The notes: generated from the sequence alone by a model not told the origin. 24,000 bases of DNA from Moraxellaceae bacterium (GCA_030646295.1 JAUSND010000012.1:39723-63722), one strand, 5' to 3'; shown: positions 9,541-16,262, counted from the stretch's first letter. Numbers and translations: made by a program.

Positions 9541-10518
9541 TCATATGTCCGAAGTCTCGGCGGAAGGAGTTGATGACAATATGTCCCTCTTTAGCCGATC
9601 AACTTCTTTGAAATATTTTCTAAGCAAGCTTGAATAAAACCCAGGATCTACATGCCTGCAATATGCTAAATGACCTAGCAAGGACCTTTTGTCTTCATCC
9701 CGCAAAGAGCCCTTGCAATAAAGACTCAACATTAGTCTTACGTGATCCTTCTGCTTTCGATGAATTGTTACATGGCCATCCTCGCAAACCTTTAAGCCCG
9801 TCACTAAGGCCGAGCCACCAGAACTGCTTCCAATCTTTGTTTTCGATGGATTCAGCGCGAGTCGTGGCGAGCTCATGCTGCTAATGGCCTCGGATACCTC
9901 TTTAAATATCCCACCACATGCACCTTTGGTATTGGTGGAAAAAACAAGATCATCCGCATAGCGTGTGTAAACACACTTTCCGTATTTCCCGGAGCTCACA
10001 ATCAGCTTCGTGATGTGAATGTCAAAATCATTCATTACGATATTGCTGATTACGGGAGAGCTTGGGAAGCCAATGGGAAGGGTGTCATTTTTATAAAAAC
10101 AGGAAAGCCGTATAATCTCTTTTGCACGAGCATCCAACTCCCAGCCAGGGGCCTCTTGCTTATGCCACCTCTCCAAGATACCTATGAAGTCAGCATATTT
10201 AATGCTTGGGAAAAAATCCTTTAGATCCAATTTTAAAAAGAATCTATTGGCGGCATGATTCTTTGCGTTATCTAATATTGATAGCCCCGGGCGATATGCC
10301 GCTGCCGCGGCATGCACGGGAATTTTTGAGAACACATTATAAATTAACCAGTACTGTATGACTTTTAGTTTTTTTGACGGATGAAAGATGTCTCGAATCC
10401 CGCCATTTCTTTTTTTTATCCCAAACTTCTTGACGTCACGCCTAGCGACAAGTATGGCGCTTTTAATCACATCCTCAGTAATCCCAAGGTCCTTGGACAT
10501 TGTATCTTCAATGCGCAT
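9541..10518 (-). CDS. retron-type reverse transcriptase (325 aa)
   Basis: RT motifs occur in order: FGIKKRNGGIRDIFHPSKKLKVIQ, the retron-specific NAKNH (NAxxH), LDLKDFFPSI, LPIGFPSSPVISN, YTRYADDLVFS (YADD), LALNPSKTKI and the retron-specific ALVTGLKV (VTG). Size is typical of retron RTs. GGAG lies 9 nt upstream of the ATG, and the start overlaps the upstream gene by 11 nt. Confidence 0.9.
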   Translation of the reverse strand: MRIEDTMSKDLGITEDVIKSAILVARRDVKKFGIKKRNGGIRDIFHPSKKLKVIQYWLIYNVFSKIPVHAAAAAYRPGLSILDNAKNHAANRFFLKLDLKDFFPSIKYADFIGILERWHKQEAPGWELDARAKEIIRLSCFYKNDTLPIGFPSSPVISNIVMNDFDIHITKLIVSSGKYGKCVYTRYADDLVFSTNTKGACGGIFKEVSEAISSMSSPRLALNPSKTKIGSSSGGSALVTGLKVCEDGHVTIHRKQKDHVRLMLSLYCKGSLRDEDKRSLLGHLAYCRHVDPGFYSSLLRKYFKEVDRLKRDILSSTPSAETSDI

Positions 10519-11422
10519 AAAGGCGCTCCGGATACCCCTTAAGGATGTAATTTCTAAATATTGCCATTAAGTCATGAGAGTCAAATCTGTAATAATAATA
10601 GGTCTTTCCCAGCCTGCTTCTAAAAAGTCCGTTCCCATCTCTCTCGATAGACGCGAATGCAGACAGAATTGCCAAATGCTGCCTTAGCTTGAAATCGCCA
10701 TCTCCAAATATAATTTTTAAAATCTCGATGAGTTCTTTGTATGTGATTGGGCCAGTAAAATACACAAGATCATGAACAAACATTACGGATATTTTTGTGA
10801 ATTTTTGGGATGGATTGCAAGATACTAAATCAATGGGGGATCGCTTCGTTTTGATTGGGTCTTTTAGTAAATTAAAAATTCCCAAGAAGGTGTCGCCTAT
10901 TGCATCAAGGTGATCTACCCCATCAGGGCTCATCTTGTAGTGAATGATTTTATTTTTCCCTGCAGCCTCCTCAATGGCCTGAATGGGGCCTAGGTTGATA
11001 AAGGATTTTGCTGCTTTAAATTTATCATCATTGATTACTATTAGTTTTTTTCTTAAATCGTTATGAGAGAACGCGCCCAACTCCGTGTAAGAGCTCGGGC
11101 TCTCAAGGACGATAATGATATGGTCTGCGAACTGGGTTATTTCATGTTCCACATCAAGAATATTTTCTTTGTGCCCCTCATCTTGAAGGGTGGAAAATAC
11201 TCTCTCCGCGAGAAAGAACTGGGCATACTCTAAATGCGATTTGGAGAACCCAATCAGCGCTTTTCTGCGCTCAGAGATGGTGCCATCTGATTTGTTTGCG
11301 CCACAAAGGAATACAAACTTAGAGACCATTGCGGGAAGGTATACATTGGATCCCGAAACAGCCGCCTTTAGGCTCAATATTCCATCGCGCAATAGTTTCT
11401 TTTTCTTTATTTCATAAAGCAT
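10508..11422 (-). CDS. retron effector candidate: N-terminal nucleoside 2-deoxyribosyltransferase-like (NDT/TIR-like) domain plus C-terminal winged-helix-like domain (304 aa)
   Basis: The N-terminal half shows the NDT-like pattern: FVFLCGA (aa 36-42), then ADHIIIVLESPSSYTELGAF (aa 99-118, acidic residue plus Gly after a beta-strand). The C-terminal part (ITYKELIEILK...LRQHLAILSAFASIERDG) looks like a wHTH. The gene lies directly upstream of the RT and is translationally coupled to it (ATGCGCATTGA overlap), as with rcaT-rrtT in retron Sen2. The call rests on motifs only; no alignment was run. Confidence 0.6.
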   Translation of the reverse strand: MLYEIKKKKLLRDGILSLKAAVSGSNVYLPAMVSKFVFLCGANKSDGTISERRKALIGFSKSHLEYAQFFLAERVFSTLQDEGHKENILDVEHEITQFADHIIIVLESPSSYTELGAFSHNDLRKKLIVINDDKFKAAKSFINLGPIQAIEEAAGKNKIIHYKMSPDGVDHLDAIGDTFLGIFNLLKDPIKTKRSPIDLVSCNPSQKFTKISVMFVHDLVYFTGPITYKELIEILKIIFGDGDFKLRQHLAILSAFASIERDGNGLFRSRLGKTYYYYRFDSHDLMAIFRNYILKGYPERLYAH

Positions 11423-11582
11423 CTTAAAGCTTGCCTACTTAAGCATGCGTTTCTTCCGGACATGGAAGCCGCTGACTAGCGTCTTCCATGTCCGGAAGAA
11501 ACGCTAGAAAGCTAAAAAATTAAGGCAGAATGTGACTCACATCCCGATGGGCTCTCACCCATAATTGCTAGGCAATTTGATA
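11420..11582 (-). ncRNA. candidate retron msr-msd non-coding RNA
   Basis: On the minus strand, a1 TTGCCTA (11575-11569) is followed by G11568 in a uAGc context. Its complement a2 TAGGCAA lies at 11437-11431, and the pairing extends to about 14 bp with two bulges. Between them are two short msr-like hairpins (atggg/cccat and atgtg/cacat). A 58-nt hairpin at 11447-11504 has a 22-bp perfect stem, a 4-bp inner stem and a tetraloop, and no T-run follows it. The boundaries are a model, not measured. Confidence 0.45.
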
Positions 11583-11688
11583 ATACATAATGTTGCCACA
11601 AGGAAGAAGGTACGCCTGAAAGTAATAGCAATTACTTTGCGTGCACCGAGCCGTGCCGCAAGCAATTCCTTGTGCGGAGGGAAACTAG

Positions 11689-11818
11689 GGCTAGAAGGGG
11701 CCACAAAAGTCATAACAGTGCCCTCAGGACGAGGGGCCTGTATGGTTAAAACCCTTGTAAAACAGTGGAGCGGGCGATGGGAATCGAACCCACGGCTCTA
11801 GCTTGGGAAGCTAGGGTA
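11689..11818. repeat. right arm of the 130-bp perfect inverted repeat
   Basis: Exact reverse complement of 9328-9457. Degenerate similarity continues outward to about 11870. Confidence 0.92.
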
Positions 11819-11839
11819 TTACCATTATACGACGCCCGC
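11766..11839 (-). tRNA. tRNA-Gly (anticodon CCC), apparently intact
   Basis: The reverse complement reads gcgggcg-tc-gtat-aatggta-atac-c-ctagc-ttCCCaa-gctag-agcc-gtggg-ttcgatt-cccat-cgcccgc-t-cca. All stems pair, U8 is present and CCA is encoded. The acceptor stem, anticodon loop and T-loop closely match E. coli glyU-type tRNA-Gly(CCC). Confidence 0.9.
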
Positions 11840-11997
11840 TTAGGCTGGACTGATGCCAGCGGGTGCATGGTACGGATTCCGGCGCCGTTCGTCGACCTCC
11901 CCAAACATCTTTAGCCACCCTGCATCCAGATGCCCGCTGGCTCCGTACAGATACTCAGGCAGACAGGAGTTTGCCCCTATCTCCGGAGATCACGCTC

Positions 11998-12580
11998 ATG
12001 ACCATTTTCCACGATTCACTTCACGCCCCACTCCACGCCTCAAAGACCTTGCTGCCCATCGCCCTGCTTATGACACTGGCAGGCTGCCACACCATGGCGC
12101 CTTCCGCCCCGGCCTTCACGCAAGAGTCGCTGCCCGAGGCAGTCAAAGTGCCGGCGGGCCATGCCGTTGCACTGGAAACGGTTGGCGCAGGCGAGATTAC
12201 CTATGAATGCCGAGCCAAGGCCGACAACGCGGCGCTGGCGGACTGGGTGTTTGTTGGCCCGAAGGCCGAGCTGCGCGATCGTCGTGGCCGCCAGATCGGC
12301 ACCTACTTCGGGCCGCCCGCTACCTGCGGCCGCGCAGGATGGCTCCAGCATTACCGGCACCCAGGTGGCAATTGCACCGGCGGGCGCAGGCAACATTCCC
12401 TTCCAGCTGGTCAAGGCCAATGCCTCTGCCAACCCGGGCATGCTGGCCGGCACCGCCTATATCCAGCGCGTGGCGCTGAAAGGGGGCGCGGCACCCGCCA
12501 GTGCATGTTCCACCGCCACTGTGGGCACGCGTGAAACCGTGAACTATCAGGCCGATTACATTTTCTGGAAGGCCAGCTGA
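11998..12580 (+). pseudogene. DUF3455-family lipoprotein gene interrupted by a +1 frameshift near 12325-12333
   Basis: The ATG at 11998 has GGAG upstream, and the lipobox is LLMTLAGC. The first frame reads ...GTYFGPPAT, then becomes nonsense. The homologous continuation QDGSSITGTQVAIAPAGAGNIPFQLVKA...VNYQADYIFWKAS runs in the frame of ORF 12161-12580. One extra base within acctgCggccgcgcag would explain the shift. Confidence 0.7.
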
Positions 12581-12590
12581 GCGGGCATTT

Positions 12591-12626
12591 CCACTGAAAG
12601 GTGGCCGGCTGGCCGCTTTTCAGTGG
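12591..12626 (+). terminator. stem-loop downstream of the DUF3455 gene (weak terminator candidate)
   Basis: ccactgaaag...cttttcagtgg forms a stem of about 10 bp, with an inner ggcc/ggcc pairing. No T-run follows it, so its function is uncertain. Confidence 0.35.
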
Positions 12627-12780
12627 GGGCCTGATGCCGCACTCTCAGCGACCAGGCACCGGTGGTCGGGCCTGGCCGCCCGCTGGCACCCCTGACCACC
12701 GGATGGTGCACCCACGCACATTTCCGGATTTGCTTTTGTCATAGTCTGGCTGTCGTTGACTCCACCACCGACTCGCCGCC

Positions 12781-13626
12781 ATGCAACGCAATGTGAATGT
12801 GTATGCCGTGATTGTCTTCGCCATGCTCGCCGTGGCGCTTTTTGCTGGCTGGACCAGCTGGAGTGGCTATCGCCTATCCGGCACGCCACCGCAGATACAG
12901 GTGCTGCTGGATGCCCTGCGCTGGTTTGTTATCACCCAGGCCCTGATGACGCTGCTGGTGCTGGCCACCTTGGGCGGCATCTATCGCCTGTTGCGCGGGC
13001 GTGACCAGCGCGAGGCGGCCTCCCGTGCCGCCATGGCCAGTGCCCACGCAGAAGTCCTGCACAGCCGGGAACAGATGCAGCGCCTGAATGACCGGCAGAA
13101 CGCCATGCTGGCGATGTCGCGCAAGGTGCAGTCGGCCATTGGCGTTGAGCAGTTCTCGCAGGTGTTGCTGGCAGAGCTGTGTACGGCCTGCGATGCCACT
13201 GTCGGCATGGTCTGGCTTAACCGGGGCAAGGTCGGGCTGCGTTGCGTGGCCTCGCGGTGTATCAGTGGTATGGGGGGTAGCACAGGGGGGCGGCAACTGG
13301 AGCTGGACGAAGGCGAGGGCATGGTGGGTCAGGTGGCGGCATCCGGCCGCATGACCAGTTACGCAGTGCCACCGGGCTATCTGCATATAGAAAGCGGCAG
13401 CCTGAGCCTGGTGCCGGCCTGCACCATCCTGCTGCCGGTGCGCTATCAGGATGAGACGGTCGCCGTGTTCGAGTTTGCGCTCTTGGCGCCGCCCGATGCC
13501 GACAAGCTGGGCTTTGTGCGGGAGATGCTGGAGTCGATGGCGGTGCGCTACTTCATGTTCAGTTCGCGCGAAAACCCGGACTCGGTGCCGCTGTCGGTGC
13601 GGCGCACGCTGGCGGCCACGGCCTGA
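12781..13626 (+). CDS. membrane-anchored GAF-domain protein without a recognisable output domain (281 aa)
   Basis: Two N-terminal TM helices are followed by a coiled-coil-like linker. The GAF-like core includes FSQVLLAELCTACDATVGMVWL...EGEGMVGQVAASGR. Confidence 0.75.
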   Translation: MQRNVNVYAVIVFAMLAVALFAGWTSWSGYRLSGTPPQIQVLLDALRWFVITQALMTLLVLATLGGIYRLLRGRDQREAASRAAMASAHAEVLHSREQMQRLNDRQNAMLAMSRKVQSAIGVEQFSQVLLAELCTACDATVGMVWLNRGKVGLRCVASRCISGMGGSTGGRQLELDEGEGMVGQVAASGRMTSYAVPPGYLHIESGSLSLVPACTILLPVRYQDETVAVFEFALLAPPDADKLGFVREMLESMAVRYFMFSSRENPDSVPLSVRRTLAATA

Positions 13627-13678
13627 AAGGCCAGGGCCGCATCAGTCCTCAACAAGACAGACCTCAATCAAGCATCCG

Positions 13679-14110
13679 TCAGATATCAATCAGGCAGCGG
13701 TACTGGCCCTGTTGCCCGTGCGGAATGAAGCCCATGGCCAGCAGCATCTCCGGAATGCCTTCCTGGGTAAGGTCAAAGTCGGCCTCCAGCCAGCGCGTCT
13801 TGCGCTCCAGCTCCAGGCGACGCACCTCTTCTACCAGACGGTCGGCCACGCCTCGGCCACGGGTGGCATGGTGCACACAGAGGTAGCGCAGGTAGCGGGT
13901 ATCGGTCTCGCCGCGCACCAGTACCGAGGCGATGTAGTGACCATTGAAAACGCCTACATAGAGGGTATCGCCATCAGTGATGGCATCGGCCAGTACCTGC
14001 ACCGCGGCGGCGGCAGACACAAACTCCGGAGAGTCGGCATAGACCTTCTCCAGATCGGCAGCAATGTGCGCGGAGAGGGGGGCGGCGGCAACCGAAACCA
14101 GAAGAGGCAT
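13679..14110 (-). CDS. GNAT-family acetyltransferase-fold protein, PanZ/PanM-like (143 aa)
   Basis: The real gene is the C-terminal 143 codons of the 521-aa ORF, starting at the ATG at 14108-14110. It carries the acetyl-CoA motif LCVHHATRGRGVADRLVEEV. The remainder of the long ORF is antisense to hisB/hisH. Confidence 0.7.
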   Translation of the reverse strand: MPLLVSVAAAPLSAHIAADLEKVYADSPEFVSAAAAVQVLADAITDGDTLYVGVFNGHYIASVLVRGETDTRYLRYLCVHHATRGRGVADRLVEEVRRLELERKTRWLEADFDLTQEGIPEMLLAMGFIPHGQQGQYRCLIDI

Positions 14111-14202
14111 GACAACTCCAGCAAATAACCCACAGGACGATGCGGACGGTAGCACAAAGCCCGGCCTTTGTGGCCCCGGGTGCCTGCCGGGAGCGGGCAG
14201 GG

Positions 14203-14208
14203 TATAAT
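14203..14208 (+). promoter_or_regulatory. candidate -10 box (TATAAT) for the his cluster
   Basis: A perfect TATAAT lies 29 nt upstream of the hisB ATG. The -35 region is only weak (gtgcct). Confidence 0.3.
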
Positions 14209-14236
14209 GCCGTTTTGATCCCGCACGAGTTCCCCC

Positions 14237-14830
14237 ATGACTGCTCGCCAGGCCGAAGTCGTTCGCAATACCAATGAAACCCGCATCCGCGTTGCCATCA
14301 ATCTGGACGGCACCGGACAGGGCAAGCTCAACACCGGCATGCCCTTCCTGGACCACATGCTGGACCAGATCGTGCGGCATGGCCTGATCGACCTCGACAT
14401 CACCTGCGAGGGCGACCTGCACATCGATGCCCACCACAGCGCCGAAGACACCGGCATCACGCTGGGTCAGGCGTTTGCCAAAGCGCTTGGCGACAAGAAA
14501 GGCATCCGTCGTTATGCACATGCCTATGTGCCGCTGGACGAAGCTCTTTCGCGCGTGGTGATCGACATCTCCGGCCGCCCCGGTCTGGAATTCAACGTGG
14601 AATACACCCGTGCCCGTGTCGGCGATTTCGACGTGGACCTGTTCTATGAATTCTTTCAGGGCTTTGTGAATCACGCCGGCATGACCCTGCACATTGACAA
14701 CCTGCGTGGCCGCAATGCGCATCACCAGATTGAAACCGTGTTCAAGGCCTTTGCACGCGCCCTGCGCGGTGCCGTGGAGCTTGATCCGCGCATGCAGGGC
14801 GTGATGCCGTCCACCAAGGGCAGCCTGTAA
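14237..14830 (+). CDS. hisB: imidazoleglycerol-phosphate dehydratase
   Basis: [18 protein letters not shown]...[19 protein letters not shown]...[11 protein letters not shown] is the canonical monofunctional HisB. Length is 197 aa. Confidence 0.95.
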   Translation: MTARQAEVVRNTNETRIRVAINLDGTGQGKLNTGMPFLDHMLDQIVRHGLIDLDITCEGDLHIDAHHSAEDTGITLGQAFAKALGDKKGIRRYAHAYVPLDEALSRVVIDISGRPGLEFNVEYTRARVGDFDVDLFYEFFQGFVNHAGMTLHIDNLRGRNAHHQIETVFKAFARALRGAVELDPRMQGVMPSTKGSL

Positions 14831-14833
14831 TCC

Positions 14834-15466
14834 ATGACAACCGTTGCTGTTCTGGATTACGGCATGGGCAACCTGCACTCGGTGGCGAAAGCCCTTGAGC
14901 ATGTGGGTGCCAGCCGCGTGGAAGTCACCAACGATCCGGTGCGCGTGCGCGCGGCCGATCGCATTTTGCTGCCCGGTCAGGGTGCCATGCGCGACTGCAT
15001 GGCCGAGATGAAGCATTACGGTGTGGATGCCGAGGTGCGCGAAATCATCGGCAACAAGCCAATGCTCGGCATTTGTGTCGGCATGCAGGCACTGCTGGCG
15101 CGCTCGGAAGAAAACAACGGCGTGGATGGCCTGGGCATTTATGCCGGCGACGTGAAATTCTTCGGCAATGACCGCGTGGAAAATGGCGAAAAGCTGAAAG
15201 TTCCGCACATGGGCTGGAACGAAGTCTGGCAGACGCAGGCGCACCCGTTATGGAGCGGCATTGCCGATGGCAGCCGCTTCTATTTTGTGCACAGCTATTA
15301 TTGCGCGCCGACCGATCCTGCGTTGTGTGCCGGCAAGTCGCATTACGGTCTGGACTTCTGTTGCGCCCTGGCGCGCGACAACATGTTTGCCGTGCAGTTT
15401 CATCCGGAAAAGAGTTCGACCGCAGGCCTGACCTTGCTGAAGAACTTCCTTAACTGGGCTCCCTGA
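14834..15466 (+). CDS. hisH: imidazole glycerol phosphate synthase, glutamine amidotransferase subunit
   Basis: [22 protein letters not shown], the catalytic GICVGMQ, and HSYY...QFHPEKS. The start is 4 nt after the hisB stop. Confidence 0.95.
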   Translation: MTTVAVLDYGMGNLHSVAKALEHVGASRVEVTNDPVRVRAADRILLPGQGAMRDCMAEMKHYGVDAEVREIIGNKPMLGICVGMQALLARSEENNGVDGLGIYAGDVKFFGNDRVENGEKLKVPHMGWNEVWQTQAHPLWSGIADGSRFYFVHSYYCAPTDPALCAGKSHYGLDFCCALARDNMFAVQFHPEKSSTAGLTLLKNFLNWAP

Positions 15467-15524
15467 TTTTTCTTTTCACGCACGGGCATTGTCATTGCCC
15501 TGTGCGTGACTGTTTGACGAGAAC

Positions 15525-16262
15525 GTGACCATGCTGATTATCCCCGCCATCGATCTGAAAGACGGCAAGTGCGTGCGCCTGAAACAGGGCCGCATGGAAG
15601 ACGACACCGTATTTTCTGATGACCCCGTTGGCATGGCCACGCACTGGGTGGAGCAGGGCGCACGTCGCCTGCATCTGGTCGACCTGAACGGCGCCTTTGC
15701 CGGCACACCAATCCACGGCGAAATCGTCACCGCGATTGCGAAGAAATATCCGAACCTGCCCATCCAGATCGGTGGCGGCATCCGTTCGCTGGAAACGATT
15801 GAAGCTTATGTAAAAGCCGGCGTGTCGTTCGCCATCATCGGCACCAAGGCCGTGAAAGACCCGCAGTTTGTGGTCGATGCCTGCAAGGCCTTCCCGGGCA
15901 AGATTATTGTCGGCATCGATGCCAAAGACGGCCTCGTCGCCACCGATGGCTGGGCCGAAGTCTCCACCGTCATGGCCGTCGATCTGGCGCAGCAATTCCG
16001 CCATGCCGGCGTGAGCGCCATTGTGTACACCGACATCGCCCGCGACGGCATGATGCAGGGCGTGAACGTGGAAGCCACCGCACAGCTGGCCCGTGATGGC
16101 GGCATTCCCGTGATTGCCTCGGGCGGCGTCACCAACATTGATGACATCAAGCGCCTGAAGGTGGTTGCGTCCAGCGGCATCATTGGCGCCATTACCGGCC
16201 GCGCGATTTACGAAGGCACCATCAATGTTGCCGAAGCACAAGCGCTGGCAGATGCGCCCTGA
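15525..16262 (+). CDS. hisA: 1-(5-phosphoribosyl)-5-[(5-phosphoribosylamino)methylideneamino]imidazole-4-carboxamide isomerase
   Basis: [17 protein letters not shown]...LHLVDLNGA...QIGGGIRS...VIASGGV is the canonical HisA. Confidence 0.95.
   Translation: MTMLIIPAIDLKDGKCVRLKQGRMEDDTVFSDDPVGMATHWVEQGARRLHLVDLNGAFAGTPIHGEIVTAIAKKYPNLPIQIGGGIRSLETIEAYVKAGVSFAIIGTKAVKDPQFVVDACKAFPGKIIVGIDAKDGLVATDGWAEVSTVMAVDLAQQFRHAGVSAIVYTDIARDGMMQGVNVEATAQLARDGGIPVIASGGVTNIDDIKRLKVVASSGIIGAITGRAIYEGTINVAEAQALADAP

Larger units (their letters stand above)
9458..11688 (-). other. AT-rich accessory segment carrying a complete two-gene retron locus (ncRNA-effector-RT)
   Basis: Composition changes abruptly: sampled 60-nt lines are about 38% G+C against 55-65% outside. 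The segment contains only the RT and effector genes plus a 266-nt structured upstream region. It encodes no integrase, transposase or recombinase. Confidence 0.8.

Noticed and set aside
9541-10518. The RT as a group II intron maturase, DGR RT or Abi/DRT-type RT
   Set aside because: At 325 aa it is too small and lacks the X/maturase and En domains, and no intron domain V/VI-like RNA is present. There is no template/variable repeat pair with A-specific mismatches; the only repeats are identical tRNA arms. The NAxxH and VTG motifs are retron hallmarks.
11447-11504. The long hairpin as a rho-independent terminator, or as an attenuator of the effector gene
   Set aside because: No U/T tract follows it on either strand. 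It lies upstream of the operon, not downstream, and fits an msd stem better.
9458-11688. The island as an integrative element, prophage remnant, IS or MITE
   Set aside because: It has no integrase, transposase or recombinase ORF. The flanking repeats are inverted tRNA-containing duplications, not att-type direct repeats. I could not identify target-site duplications. Mobility therefore cannot be claimed.
11565-11801. 78-aa plus-strand ORF spanning the ncRNA region, the repeat arm and part of the tRNA
   Set aside because: It overlaps a tRNA gene and the inverted repeat, has no RBS, and its composition changes mid-ORF.
11863-11997. N-terminal extension of the DUF3455 ORF (start at 11863)
   Set aside because: The extension is Arg/Pro-rich and precedes a well-placed GGAG plus the ATG at 11998. 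That ATG begins a proper lipoprotein signal peptide.
14111-15244. N-terminal 378 codons of the 521-aa minus-strand ORF
   Set aside because: This part is antisense to the unmistakable hisB and hisH. Only the last 143 codons (13679-14110) form a GNAT-like protein with its own ATG.
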